A stretch of 61,083 nt of DNA from IMG/VR virus record IMGVR_UViG_3300043640_000419, positions 1 through 61,083 of that record, one strand, 5' to 3'. This stretch comes from a virus (Duplodnaviria; Caudoviricetes). Both the position numbers and the translations under genes were made by a program. A model generated the notes under the pieces. The model ran no database searches, was not told where the DNA came from, and saw nothing but the letters and a program-made list of their open reading frames with translations. Positions 1 through 9,650 of this stretch are shown one piece after another (position 1 is the stretch's first letter; the number at the start of each line of letters is the position of its first letter).

Positions 1-303
1 CTAGGGCCTGTCCGACCGGGCAAAGAAAAGGCCCCGATGAGCGGGGCCAGGCATCCGGGGCGACGCCGGCGCCCCGGCGTGGTGCATGGCGTCGTCATGA
101 GTCCCGGTGAGCACCTCGGTGCCCAGCGCCGCCCGGACCTTGGCCAGCTCTTCGGCGGCCATGATCTCGAGCGTCGTGCATGCGATGCCTCGACCCGGGA
201 AGTCATCGCCGGCAACGGCTATGGCCTGCATCTCGATCATCAACGCCTTCGCCCGGTCGAGTCTCTCCTCGACAGTCATCGTGTCAGCGGCGCTCATGTT
301 CAA
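1..303 (-). CDS. hypothetical protein
   Basis: Last gene of a coupled minus-strand operon (1497 to 1); 3' part overlaps the terminator. Confidence 0.5.
   Translation of the reverse strand: MNMSAADTMTVEERLDRAKALMIEMQAIAVAGDDFPGRGIACTTLEIMAAEELAKVRAALGTEVLTGTHDDAMHHAGAPASPRMPGPAHRGLFFARSDRP
22..48 (-). terminator. Rho-independent terminator
   Basis: GGCCCCG-N5-CGGGGCC hairpin followed on the minus strand by TTTTCTTT. Confidence 0.6.
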
Positions 304-524
304 AACCTCCGCCTCAGGTATTCGGTGATCAGCTGGCCGGCGATGACGAGCTCCACGCGCACTTCGCCTTGCTCGTCATCGCCGACGGCGCCGAGGTGCT
401 CGTGCTCGATCCAGTCCAACACGGTGAAGATGCCGTGCAGGGCGTTGATGGCCTTCTGCAGATCGCCCACGTCTGGCTGATCGGAGGACGTACAAGGCCG
501 GGCAACAGTCTCGGCGGCGCTCAT
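300..524 (-). CDS. hypothetical protein
   Basis: ATGA overlaps with both neighbours. Confidence 0.6.
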   Translation of the reverse strand: MSAAETVARPCTSSDQPDVGDLQKAINALHGIFTVLDWIEHEHLGAVGDDEQGEVRVELVIAGQLITEYLRRRF

Positions 525-1267
525 GCTGCGCCTCCCGTCAGCAGCCCCAGTGCCAGAAAACTCGCGTGGCCCGTCCGGCCGATCACGAGATGCTCAAGCA
601 GCCTGATGCCGAGCGTTTCGGCTGCCCGGTGTATCTCGCGCGTAAGCGCGATATCGTCTCGCGACGGGTTCGGATCTCCCGAGGGGTGGTTGTGCACCAT
701 GATCAACGCAGAGGCGCCGAGTTCGAGCGCGCGCTTGACGATCTCGCGCGGATAGACCGACACGTGGCAGACCGAGCCGCTTTGCTGCACCTCGTCAACG
801 ATCAGCATGTGCTTTTGATTGAGGAACAGGATTCGGAACTGTTCGATCTGCGCGTGCGCGACCGCGACATGGCAATAATCCAAAAGCGATGGCAAGTCGT
901 TCATGACCGGCATGTCTTTGAACTTGCGCTCGGCCAACCGCCTGCCCGACTCCCGCACGGCGCGGAACAACGCCAGCGTGCGCTGGTCGATATCGAACCC
1001 GCGCAACTGCGCCGGCTCGGCGGCGAAGAGGTCGCTCAGGGTGCCGAAGCGCTCAATCAGCCGGTCTGCCAAAGCTTCGACGTTCTTCCGGCCTGCCGTA
1101 TAGGACAGCAGGAGCTCAACCAGTTCGCCGTCTAGGAGCGGCTCGACGCCCGTTCTCGACGCCCGCTCTCACATGCGGGTGCGTCGGAGGGCGGTCTTTT
1201 GGGCGCGACTATGAAAGACGATCGGCGGGGGAAAGCCCGATGCGACGGGTGCCGTGCTGGCGCTCAT
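521..1267 (-). pseudogene. radC: RadC/JAB-domain protein with an in-frame TGA at 1169-1171; the C-terminal part 521-1072 is open
   Basis: HNHPSGDPNPSRDD JAB motif, VYPREIVKRAL and LIERFGTL; the frame from ATG 1267 reads RRTRM*ERASRTG...ELVELLL, a RadC-type N-terminus. Confidence 0.85.
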
Positions 1268-1497
1268 TGTGCGCCCCTCCATGCAGCGACGGCCGCCACG
1301 AGCGCGGTACCGACCTTCTCGGCGTCGGCCGGCAGCAGCCAGAGGGACGCCTGCAGTTGGACGGCGCGGAATTCGCCGTGCGTCATATGCAGGCCGATGA
1401 GGCCCCGCCGATGGTCGACTTCGGGAATCCATGTGAAGTCGCCGATGCTGCCGCCGCGCGGCGGGCATGGTGGTGGTGTAGAACGCTCGATAGCCAT
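1264..1497 (-). CDS. hypothetical protein
   Basis: GGAG RBS; ATGA overlap with radC. Confidence 0.6.
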   Translation of the reverse strand: MAIERSTPPPCPPRGGSIGDFTWIPEVDHRRGLIGLHMTHGEFRAVQLQASLWLLPADAEKVGTALVAAVAAWRGAQ

Positions 1498-1590
1498 GGT
1501 CCGGTGTCTCCAAAGGGTTCCGGGTTGCGGTCAGGACCTTGGGGAGGGTGCAACCTTCCCTTGGTCCGCTTTTATGTGTAGTGTTAAAGG

Positions 1591-1797
1591 ATGGCGAAGT
1601 CAACGATTAGCGCTACACAGAAAAAGAAACGCGGCAGACCGCCGAAACCCGAGGGCCGTCGGCTATCGATCCCGATTGCCTTCCCGCCCGACATGGTCGC
1701 GGCACTCGACGCTTACGCGGCAAAGGCGGAGATCACACGCAGCGAGTCGGTGCGGAGGCTGGTCGAGCTGGGGCTGAAGAAAAAGACGAGCACATAG
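1591..1797 (+). CDS. ribbon-helix-helix (CopG-like) regulator
   Basis: KKKRGRPPK followed by IAFPPDMVAALDAYAAKAEITRSESVRRLVELGL; divergent from the radC operon. Confidence 0.85.
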   Translation: MAKSTISATQKKKRGRPPKPEGRRLSIPIAFPPDMVAALDAYAAKAEITRSESVRRLVELGLKKKTST

Positions 1798-1808
1798 GAG
1801 CCAATGCG

Positions 1809-2114
1809 ATGCGGCAACCTGCGCTTCTCCAAAGCTGGATGCATCGGTCACATGAGAAGATCCGGGCGACCAAGAACATTTTGTCACCGCTGCAATGGAT
1901 ACTTGGCATCTCGATAGGTCCGTGCGCGAGCTTGATCATCTGGGGGCCGGCCGAATATCGAATAGTGTTCGCTCTGACGATCCTTGGACTACTTGCCTAC
2001 ATCTGTATCATTTACGGAGCGTTTGCTATTTTTGCTCCGGATCGACTTCAATCCGAGGAACACCGGGAGAATATGACCGTCCTTAGTCAGCCATATCAGA
2101 CGACCGCGGCATAG
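1809..2114 (+). CDS. small membrane protein with 2 TM segments
   Basis: Two hydrophobic segments, lower GC, GGAG RBS. Confidence 0.6.
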   Translation: MRQPALLQSWMHRSHEKIRATKNILSPLQWILGISIGPCASLIIWGPAEYRIVFALTILGLLAYICIIYGAFAIFAPDRLQSEEHRENMTVLSQPYQTTAA

Positions 2115-2399
2115 TCATAGACGCTTCGTCAGCGAACGTGGCATCCCCGCAAATGGCAACCGCGACGATAGCAGCTTCGATTTCCTCCGGGTCGGATGCG
2201 GAAAGAATGCGGCGGCAGGCCCTCGGTCGAGTTTGCGCTTTCCGATCGAGGGCCGTCTGTAACTGGCCTTATGGCCCCGCCGCAACGACCAGCGGTGAGC
2301 CTGAGTTGCGTCGGGATTTTCTTGCCACCTCCGCCGGGTTCGGACGTTGGAAAGCCACTGAGTTTTTCGGGCATCGACGAAACAACAGTGGAGCCAGTC

Positions 2400-2714
2400 A
2401 TGAACCGCCCTCTGATCGCCGTCCTCGCGGCCGTTGCCGCTACTGTCGCGGTACCGACCGTTGTCACGCCTGCTCTGGCGCAGGTCGAAGTCCAGATCGG
2501 TACACCCCAGCCCCAGCGCAATGGCGCTTGGGGCGACCGCGACCGTGACGGTATTCCCAACGCCGTCGACCAGCACAACAACAACCGGCAGCAGGCGCAG
2601 GGTTACCGTGACCGCGACCGCGATGGCGTGCCGAACCGCTACGACACGGACCGGGACGGTGACGGCGTGCCGAACCAGTGGGACAGGAAGCCGGGCAACC
2701 CTTATCGACGGTAA
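2400..2714 (+). CDS. secreted protein with DxDxDG (Ca-binding-like) repeats
   Basis: Signal peptide ending ALA; DRDRDGIPN, DRDRDGVPN and DRDGDGVPN repeats. Confidence 0.8.
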   Translation: MNRPLIAVLAAVAATVAVPTVVTPALAQVEVQIGTPQPQRNGAWGDRDRDGIPNAVDQHNNNRQQAQGYRDRDRDGVPNRYDTDRDGDGVPNQWDRKPGNPYRR

Positions 2715-2950
2715 GTCCCGATACTCCAAGGAAATCTCCCCGCGCGGTCTGAGCCGCGCGTGGGCGTCGTTGCAGTTGAACCACAAATCACCTAAGCAGG
2801 AGAACCGGTTAACGCTCACTGAGGCGGAGCATCCGGAGTCGCTGGCGTGCGCTAGGTCCGTTTTTCTGCCTGCCAGACGCTGTCCGCCGTTCTCGCCCTC
2901 CGCGGTATGCCGCCCACCAGGCGCGTCCCTACGCCGTGGCGCCGGCTGGG

Positions 2951-3148
2951 CTATTGGCCCGGCTCTCCGACCTCTTCGGGATAGACATGCACCCGCCTGG
3001 CGCCGTCCCACACTTCGAAGCCGTCAAAGGGCCGGTCGGGCCGATCGCTGAAGATCCTCTTGCCTTGTTCGATTAGCGCTTCATCTGGCCCGGCAGTCAG
3101 GATGACGACGGCCTTGATGTGGCCTTTCCGCATGAGGTAGCAGCGCAT
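2951..3148 (-). CDS. hypothetical protein
   Basis: FDGFEVWDGARRV motif resembles small alphaproteobacterial proteins. Confidence 0.6.
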   Translation of the reverse strand: MRCYLMRKGHIKAVVILTAGPDEALIEQGKRIFSDRPDRPFDGFEVWDGARRVHVYPEEVGEPGQ

Positions 3149-3515
3149 GGCGTCCGTCCCGAGTTAAGCGAGCACGGGACACTTGAGCTATGCCGCAGTC
3201 TCTCAGCCGCCCACGCTGGGCTGGCGAAGCCCGCATCAGACCCGCATAGGGCGGGGCTGGCAAGCACTATGCGTCTCCTGGGGTCTCTCCTGGGGTCTCC
3301 GCCTCGCTCAGCCTACGCTGCTTCGCCTTGCCCGCGCCCCTCGCGACGATGTCCCATCGCGCCCAGGACATTCGTCCCCGCGAGCGATCATCTATTACGT
3401 TGCTCACACCGACCTCGCTGGCCGGCGAGATTGTGGTCGTGCTTTGGTTCTCGTGATACTCGCTGGGCTGGAGCCGGACGTGCCGGGCCGCGCCGCCAGC
3501 CGGGAGACTCTCGCA

Positions 3516-3794
3516 ATGGACAGCCGCGAAACCTACCTCATGCCCCATGTCGCGGTGGCCGCCTTCCCCGAGTTGCTTGACCTGATGGTCGTCGAGAAGG
3601 ACTTCCCTCGTACGTACGCCGAGTGGGTCGCTCTATGGGAAAGTCGGCGCTTCGAAGAGGAGCGCGTCCATGGCTACAGGGTTGTATTCGTCGATGTCGT
3701 TCCTGCCACGTTCGCTATCTTTTGTCGGAACATGAACTTTCCCACGAGCTGGGGCGCGCTTGGGCAGTTTCTGGCGGCGGAGGCGGGACGGTGA
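3516..3794 (+). CDS. hypothetical protein, homolog of prophage gene 53737-54039
   Basis: GGAG RBS; shared pattern [FW]PxL...[YW]xxW...GxRVVxxxxxPxxFAx[FW]C. Confidence 0.65.
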   Translation: MDSRETYLMPHVAVAAFPELLDLMVVEKDFPRTYAEWVALWESRRFEEERVHGYRVVFVDVVPATFAIFCRNMNFPTSWGALGQFLAAEAGR

Positions 3795-4824
3795 TGATGA
3801 GGTGAAGCTGGAACACCACTTGCAACGATACTCTTGATGCAGGTGGGCGCGATCTATCACGCTCAGAAAGCAACATTGCATGGTGACTTGTAGGCGGCGG
3901 GCGAAGGACACGGTCGCCAAGGCCCGAAACCGCCCCGTACAGCGCGCCCGCCGGAGCCGGCCCCGGAAGTGCGGCGAGATCAGCCGTTAGCCACCGTGGC
4001 GGCCAGCCCTGCCGCAGTGCCAGGCCTCCCGCACGATCGGGACACCGTCGCCCTTTCGGTTCACTATCCGCGCAGCCTCTGGCTAACCTCACTCGCTGGC
4101 CAGAGGTCAGGCCCTCGGTCGGGACCCCGTCTGTCGGCCGGGGGCCGCCTCGCATTACGCGGCTAGCAAGGCCGGAATTTGCCCGTACAGCGCGTCACCC
4201 GAGGTGACCGAGTTGTTGCCGGCCGTCTGGCGCGATCCTACGCCCAGGCCGGGCGCTGGCCGCCGTTGCGTGTCTTGCACTTCGGAGCCGTCGGCGCGTC
4301 CAACCGGTTGCCGGCGTCAGTAAGGCAAACGCTATGGCTCCTAGGCACCTCGCTGACGCTGCAGCGTTGGACCGGCATGTCTCAACCCTTACGCGCGCTC
4401 GTCATCGGCCTCGCGATGTTGCTCTGTGCGATATTGATCGTCAGCGTGTTGCCGGTGAATTCGAACGAAGAGCCCAACAGCAAATCGGCAACTAACCTGC
4501 TGCGAGGCGCCACGCATCTGCGATTTCACAAAGAAAAAGAGCCCGCCGGCGACGGGACGACGGGCTCCCTTGCTTCGCCAAAGACTGGCCGGCGGACGAA
4601 GCAAGCTTGGCCGGCCTGTGATCTAACGGTGAGAAAGTCGACACGTTGCAGGAGCTTGAGATGTACCCGCGGTCCCCGAAGGGACAGCGGGTGTGGTAGG
4701 ATCGTCCCCATGAGTGACAGCACGTCCCTGGATGCGCTCACGATCTGGGTCGCCGCTCGGGCACAGCCGAAGCGCTGATGGAATAGGCCCCAGTGCCGGG
4801 GCGGAAGAGCGGCGGGCGGTCAAC

Positions 4825-5295
4825 TCACCGGAGGAAGATCACCTGTATGAGCCTGGCCCCGTCACCTTCGCCGTAGTTATCGAACAACGCCCTCAAGTGG
4901 TGCAAGCCCGCGGGGAAGGTGAGCAGCCGATTGAACTTGGGCGGCACCAGGCGGGTCATCTTCCACTCGTCCCCATCCCGCTCCCAAAACGCAGTGCCAT
5001 CGCCATCGGCCGGTTCCGGGTTCAGGTAGTAGATCGCGGTAAATCTCCCCATCATGTCGTCGGAGTGCACGTAGTTGGGCTCGACCTGACCCTTCGGCGA
5101 TCGTCGAAAGAACGAGAGCACTGACGAGGCGTTAGTCTGGATTTCGGCCACCCTATCGACGTCGTCTCGATGTGAAGGGGCGATCCCTCGAAACGTGTCG
5201 GGACCGAGCGTCAGATCTCGGAACGGCAGTCGCCTAGCCTCCGAACGGTACGCCATCGGATCCGGCAGCACATCGTCCAGAATTTTGATTGTCAT
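4825..5295 (-). CDS. 2OG-Fe(II) oxygenase (DUF6445-like), paralog of 30445-30912
   Basis: HSD...HH...R facial-triad pattern; gap-free alignment to the prophage copy. Confidence 0.85.
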   Translation of the reverse strand: MTIKILDDVLPDPMAYRSEARRLPFRDLTLGPDTFRGIAPSHRDDVDRVAEIQTNASSVLSFFRRSPKGQVEPNYVHSDDMMGRFTAIYYLNPEPADGDGTAFWERDGDEWKMTRLVPPKFNRLLTFPAGLHHLRALFDNYGEGDGARLIQVIFLR

Positions 5296-5758
5296 CGCGG
5301 GTCCCCGCCGATCGGCCAGCTCGCGAGCCAGAGCTTGGATAGATCGTCACCAGGCCGGCGTTCGATGGCGTCACAGCAGTGTCGCCGACGCGCACGGCGA
5401 GATGCTTCTCCGCAGACATGAAGAACATGATGAGGTCACCGGGCCTCGACTGCGACGGCTCGCCAGGACGATAGCCGAGAGCAGCGCTGGCCAGTTCTTC
5501 AACGTCCGCCAGGTCGTTCTTGATGAGGAACTTCGCCGCGCTCAGCCATCCTTTGGGCAATTCAATGCCGGGCAGCAGCGACACGCCGGTGACGGCGAGG
5601 ACGGCTTCGCGGGCGAAGGTTGCGCAGTCCTGAGTTCCATACTCGTAGGGAGTGGTGCCACGAGTATTCACCAGATCGATCAGGCGCGGCTTCCAGACGG
5701 AAAGGCGCTGCTGCAGGCCAGGCGGCGGCGGGCCGAACGGCATCTTCAACTCAGGCAC
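5292..5758 (-). CDS. NlpC/P60-like tail-tip protein (DUF6950-like), paralog of 30006-30422; probable frameshift near the C-terminus
   Basis: TPYEYGTQDC...SRPGD...HLAVRVGD; diverges from the prophage copy after IYPSS. Confidence 0.75.
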
Positions 5759-5882
5759 GCGAACCTGCCCAACCGCCGCTCGTCACGACGCGATAAACTG
5801 CCAATTCAAGGGTGGCCGCCAGGGCCAGAAGGGCAGCGGTCACGAGCAAGAAAATGAAGAGCCGAAACAACCGATGCGACAT
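5751..5882 (-). CDS. small single-TM protein
   Basis: LFIFLLVTAALLALAATL hydrophobic stretch; overlaps the next gene. Confidence 0.4.
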   Translation of the reverse strand: MSHRLFRLFIFLLVTAALLALAATLELAVYRVVTSGGWAGSRA

Positions 5883-6047
5883 CGGCGAATCGGCCGTGAG
5901 ACCGCGCGTCACGAGCGCCTCAAGCCTTTCCCTCCACACACCGGGCCGGGAAAACAGGTCAACAGGCGGATCACCGTTGAGTCGTGGAAATCTTGCCAGC
6001 GCTCGGTCATGGATTTCTCGCGCTTCATGCTCGAGGTCCGATGGCGA

Positions 6048-6464
6048 TCAGCGGAAGTCGGCCGCGGTGTACCGCTGGACGCGCCCCGTGCTGCCGGTGA
6101 TGACCGTCGCGCGTCCTGCTTCGTGCGCGCGCTGCCATGCGGTGAGAGCGCCCAGCGATCCGAACTCGGCGCGGAGCTTGTCGTCGGCATCGAAGGCCGC
6201 CTTGCAGCGATCATCGAGGGGCTTCGTGGTGTCGGCCAGGATGCCGGCAGCAGCGCCCGCCTCGGTGGGCTGCACAATCCCAGGGGCACCGGTGGCCGGC
6301 GGGATCGTGGACGCCCTGCCCGCATCGAGGCCGGCCTTGCGGCCTTCCTCTCGGGCGGTGGCGATCGCCGCTTCGTAGTCGGCCTTCGTGATCGTCGCGG
6401 CAGCTTCGTCGGCCGTGCGTTCCCAGTCCTCGCGGCCGTCGTAGGTGTTCGTCAGGTAGCCCAT
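6048..6464 (-). CDS. shortened homolog of the prophage head scaffold-like protein (40555-41070)
   Basis: GAGGAG RBS; DEAAATIT...ATAREEGRKAGL and a C-terminal KAAFDADDKLRAEF motif shared with the prophage protein. Confidence 0.75.
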   Translation of the reverse strand: MGYLTNTYDGREDWERTADEAAATITKADYEAAIATAREEGRKAGLDAGRASTIPPATGAPGIVQPTEAGAAAGILADTTKPLDDRCKAAFDADDKLRAEFGSLGALTAWQRAHEAGRATVITGSTGRVQRYTAADFR

Positions 6465-6584
6465 GTCCAACTCCTCAAATGAAATGCGCGGGGCAACGAC
6501 CGCACAACCGCTACCCCGCGCGGGCGGCCGGCGACGCGATGGATTTCACGCCGCCGACCTGTGACCGCGCTGCCGCTGTTGCAA

Positions 6585-6712
6585 GGCGGAGCAAAGGTGT
6601 CAGGGTGGCGCGTTTGCTCCACTGCTCCACTTGCTCCACCTCCCCTATAGGGGGAGGGAGCAAGGTGGAGCGGAGCAGACACCCCAAGGTGGAGCAGATT
6701 GAGGTGGAGCAA
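6585..6712. repeat. iteron cluster, putative satellite replication origin
   Basis: TGCTCCAC x3 (6615, 6623, 6632), near-palindrome CTCCCCTATAGGGGGAG (6640-6656), then inverted GTGGAGC(A) x3 (6665, 6689, 6704); lies directly after the rep gene. Confidence 0.75.
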
Positions 6713-6714
6713 TT

Positions 6715-8303
6715 TCACGCCCATTCTCCCACCTCAACGAAGCGGCGCGGCTCCCGCTTGTCGTCTTCCTTCTCGATCTCGATTAGGGCGCCGCTCTTCA
6801 GCCAGGTCTTCAGCAAGGTCTTTGCCTTGGCCTTGTCCGCCGGCTCGTCGAGGTCGAGGTTGAGGGCGTCAGCGATCGGCCTGCCTACCCAGGCCGCCGC
6901 TTGCACGTCGGCGCGCCAAGCTCCGGCCGCCACCTTGTTCTGGACCTGCCGCAGGTGATCCGCGGTCATGCCAGCAAACGCATCCGGCCACGACCACGAA
7001 GCGACGACGCCCGACAGTGTCTTCCGGGTAGCCCTCGACGCCGTTGTCGAGCCCTACGCTAACAAGCTGGCGCCAACTCGCCTGGTCGCCGGGCGGGGCC
7101 ATGCTTGCCTTGCCGTTGTCGACGCGGAAATAGAGGCGCCGCGCAGTCGGCTCGATGCCGGCCTTGGCCGCCTCGTCCTGCGTCATGGGGTTGATGACGC
7201 GGGCACTGCGGGCAGCTGCGATCAGCGCGCCGGCTCCGCGAGCATCGTCCACGGTGTCCTCGCCTCCGTTACCTTTTCGAACGTGATGCACGACTTGACG
7301 GCGCAGTTGGCGGCATCGGCGATTCCGGCCAGATCCTTCGCGACCGTGTCGATCGCGCCGTTGTCGTTTTCGCTGACGGCGTGAGTCGATACGAAGGGGT
7401 CGAGGATTAGAACATCGATGCCGCGTTGAACGATGTTTCTGGTGGCGGATTCCACCAGCGGCTTGTTGACGACGATGCCCGTACGCCTGTCCTCGCGGGC
7501 GATGCAGAACGGCTGGCTTCGGCCACTGTCGAGATAAAGCCTGTCGCCGATGTCGTCAGCGTTGAGACCATACTGGCGAGCGATCGCCTGGACCCGCCGT
7601 TGTAGTTCCTCGACGGGATCCTCGAGATTCCAATACCAGACCCGCCGGTGCACGATTGCTTTGCCAGTTAGCAGGTCGCGGCCGCTCGCCATGCTTATCG
7701 CGTCGAGCAGCACGATGGATGACTTGCCGGTCCCGCTCGCGGCGGCAGTCGCGCTCAGGTATTTCCGAATGTAGTGCTTGGCGTGCAGCCATTGGCGGGG
7801 TGGGATCGCCGTCGGGTCGATCCATTGATAGGCTGAAGCGACAATCGAGCTCGGGCTTGCGCTATCGCCAGCGCTGATGGAATCAAGCGCCTCCCGGAGT
7901 GCATCGAACTGGCTCGTGTCTGGCCAGGGTGTCCAGGCTGTCGCCATCGCCGCGCCCGCGACCTCGATCAGCTTCGGCGCTGGTGGAGGTCCGCCACGTC
8001 GCGGCCGTGCTGCTCAGGGTCGACCGCGCCCGCGGACGCTGTTACGAGGCCCGCCACATATGCCATGCCGCCTTTGGCGAGCAGTTCGGGATCCTGCTCG
8101 ATGTGCGTTTTCAGCGTGATCGGCGTCGCGGCTCGCCCACCGTCTATCGTTCGCGCCACGGCTTCGAACAACCGCCGGTGGATTGGGTCGGCGAAGTGTT
8201 CGGCTTTCAGGAATCCGGCGACTCGGTGATAGGCGCCGTTGCCGGCCAGGATCGATCCGAGCAGAGACTGCTCGGCCTCGATGTTGTGCGGACCCTCGAG
8301 CAT
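6715..8303 (-). pseudogene. DnaB N-terminal domain fused to an AAA_25/RepA-type helicase, broken by frameshifts near 7975, 7290 and 7010
   Basis: PHNIEAEQSLLGSIL (DnaB-N), AASGTGKS Walker A, ILDPFV Walker B, HHVRKG and DARGAGALIAAARS spread over four frame segments. Confidence 0.8.
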
Positions 8304-8320
8304 GACGCTGGGGCCCGACG

Positions 8321-8596
8321 TCAGATGAAGCCTTCAGCGCGCGCCGCGTCGATCGCCTTGGCGATGGCGGCTTGCAGCTCGGGAAGCTTCTCGACCCGGA
8401 ACGCAATGCCGGATTTGCCCGGCCGCATCTCGTCACTGCCGTCGACCTTGTAGAACACCCTGATGCTGACGAGCTTGTGGCCCTTGAATTCGGTCAACTG
8501 AAACCGCAGCACCTCGCGTGTGTTCTTCGGGACGTCGCAGATCCAACGATCGTGCGTGGCACCTTGCGGCGCCGAGGCGCCTTCTGTATTTGGCAT
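8321..8596 (-). CDS. PC4/YdbC-like ssDNA-binding protein
   Basis: KNTREVLRFQLTEFKGHKLVSIRVFY...PGKSGIA. Confidence 0.85.
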   Translation of the reverse strand: MPNTEGASAPQGATHDRWICDVPKNTREVLRFQLTEFKGHKLVSIRVFYKVDGSDEMRPGKSGIAFRVEKLPELQAAIAKAIDAARAEGFI

Positions 8597-8675
8597 TGGA
8601 TCAACCTTTGATTTCTCGGCCGGTCCGCGGGTGGCTCTGCGGCCGGCCGTATTTCGTTGGGGGAAACGAAAGCGA

Positions 8676-8879
8676 CTAGGCGGCGGCCTGCTGCTCAGCC
8701 AGCGAGGCAAGGAACTCACGCGGCGGCGTCGTGATGATCCGCATGCCGCCCAGCTTCACGCTGGCGATCTTCTTTTCCTTGATCAGCTCGTAAGCGAAGC
8801 TCTTCCCGCAATCGACCTCGGCGCACCACTTGGGAACGCGCCATCCGGCTTGGTTCCGATTGACCTGTACGTCACGCAT
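8676..8879 (-). CDS. AlpA/excisionase-like HTH protein
   Basis: WRVPKWCAEVDCGKSFAYELIKEKKIASVKLGGMRII; GGAG RBS. Confidence 0.8.
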   Translation of the reverse strand: MRDVQVNRNQAGWRVPKWCAEVDCGKSFAYELIKEKKIASVKLGGMRIITTPPREFLASLAEQQAAA

Positions 8880-8900
8880 CGTTTGCTCCCGCAGTTGCTC

Positions 8901-8925
8901 GCAACGAACCGCAATCGTTCGTTGC
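8901..8925. promoter_or_regulatory. operator-like inverted repeat upstream of the alpA-like gene
   Basis: GCAACGAAC-N7-GTTCGTTGC, with GCACGAAG direct repeats nearby. Confidence 0.5.
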
Positions 8926-9003
8926 AGACCGCAGAAGAAATGAATAAAAAATCGGCACGAAGCGGAAATGCACGAAGTGCGTCCGATGCCGATGGCAAGG
9001 CCC

Positions 9004-9650
9004 TTATTTTGACATTGCGATATTCAGCACATTTAATTCGACACCGTGCCGACTATTTCTGTCCCGAATTTCGAGAGCCCTTCCGTCTTCCGCGCTTGGC
9101 CTTGAGGGCATTCGCAACTCGATGAATATCCGTCGAGCGACGCGCTCCTGAAGCGACGGAAACTCATCCCGAAGAGCGCGGACCATGACCGGGCCGGTCC
9201 GACGCTCCTTCGTTTTCATGCGCCGAGCCATTTCCGCGGGCAACCATGCCTCTGCTGCCGCTTTGACGGTCATGCTAGCGGAGTCCAGCCGCCCGGCCTC
9301 GGCCGAGCTAGCCAACCATCGATTCCATTCAGCGCGGCGCAGACACAGCGGGGCGCCTTCGAAGCGCCTCTTGTCCTCACCAGACAGCGACAGGCCCGTC
9401 GATCTGGCCATGAAAATCGCGACGTCGGCATCGTTCGATGCGTAGCAGTGCGCCGGCACTTCGAACTCTTGAAATGCGTCACCGACCATGAACACGGCGA
9501 CGAGCTCACGAGCGACAAGCGCGGCCCGATCTCCGGCACCACTGCGGCGGCCTTGTCGGCGTCGGATCCCTGCAGTTCAGGGTGGATCGCGGAAAATTCG
9601 TCTTGGGCGTCGACCGTCGTCAGCCAGGCCGTGGGGAGAACGGTGATCAT
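9004..9650 (-). pseudogene. hypothetical protein downstream of the integrase, probably split by a frameshift near 9500
   Basis: ORF 9270-9650 is coupled to the int stop; coding appears to continue in the frame of 9004-9495. Confidence 0.45.

Noticed and set aside
2535-2680. CRISPR-like or DGR-like repeats
   Set aside because: These are coding DxDxDG repeats; no constant repeat-spacer array, cas gene or reverse transcriptase was seen anywhere in the window
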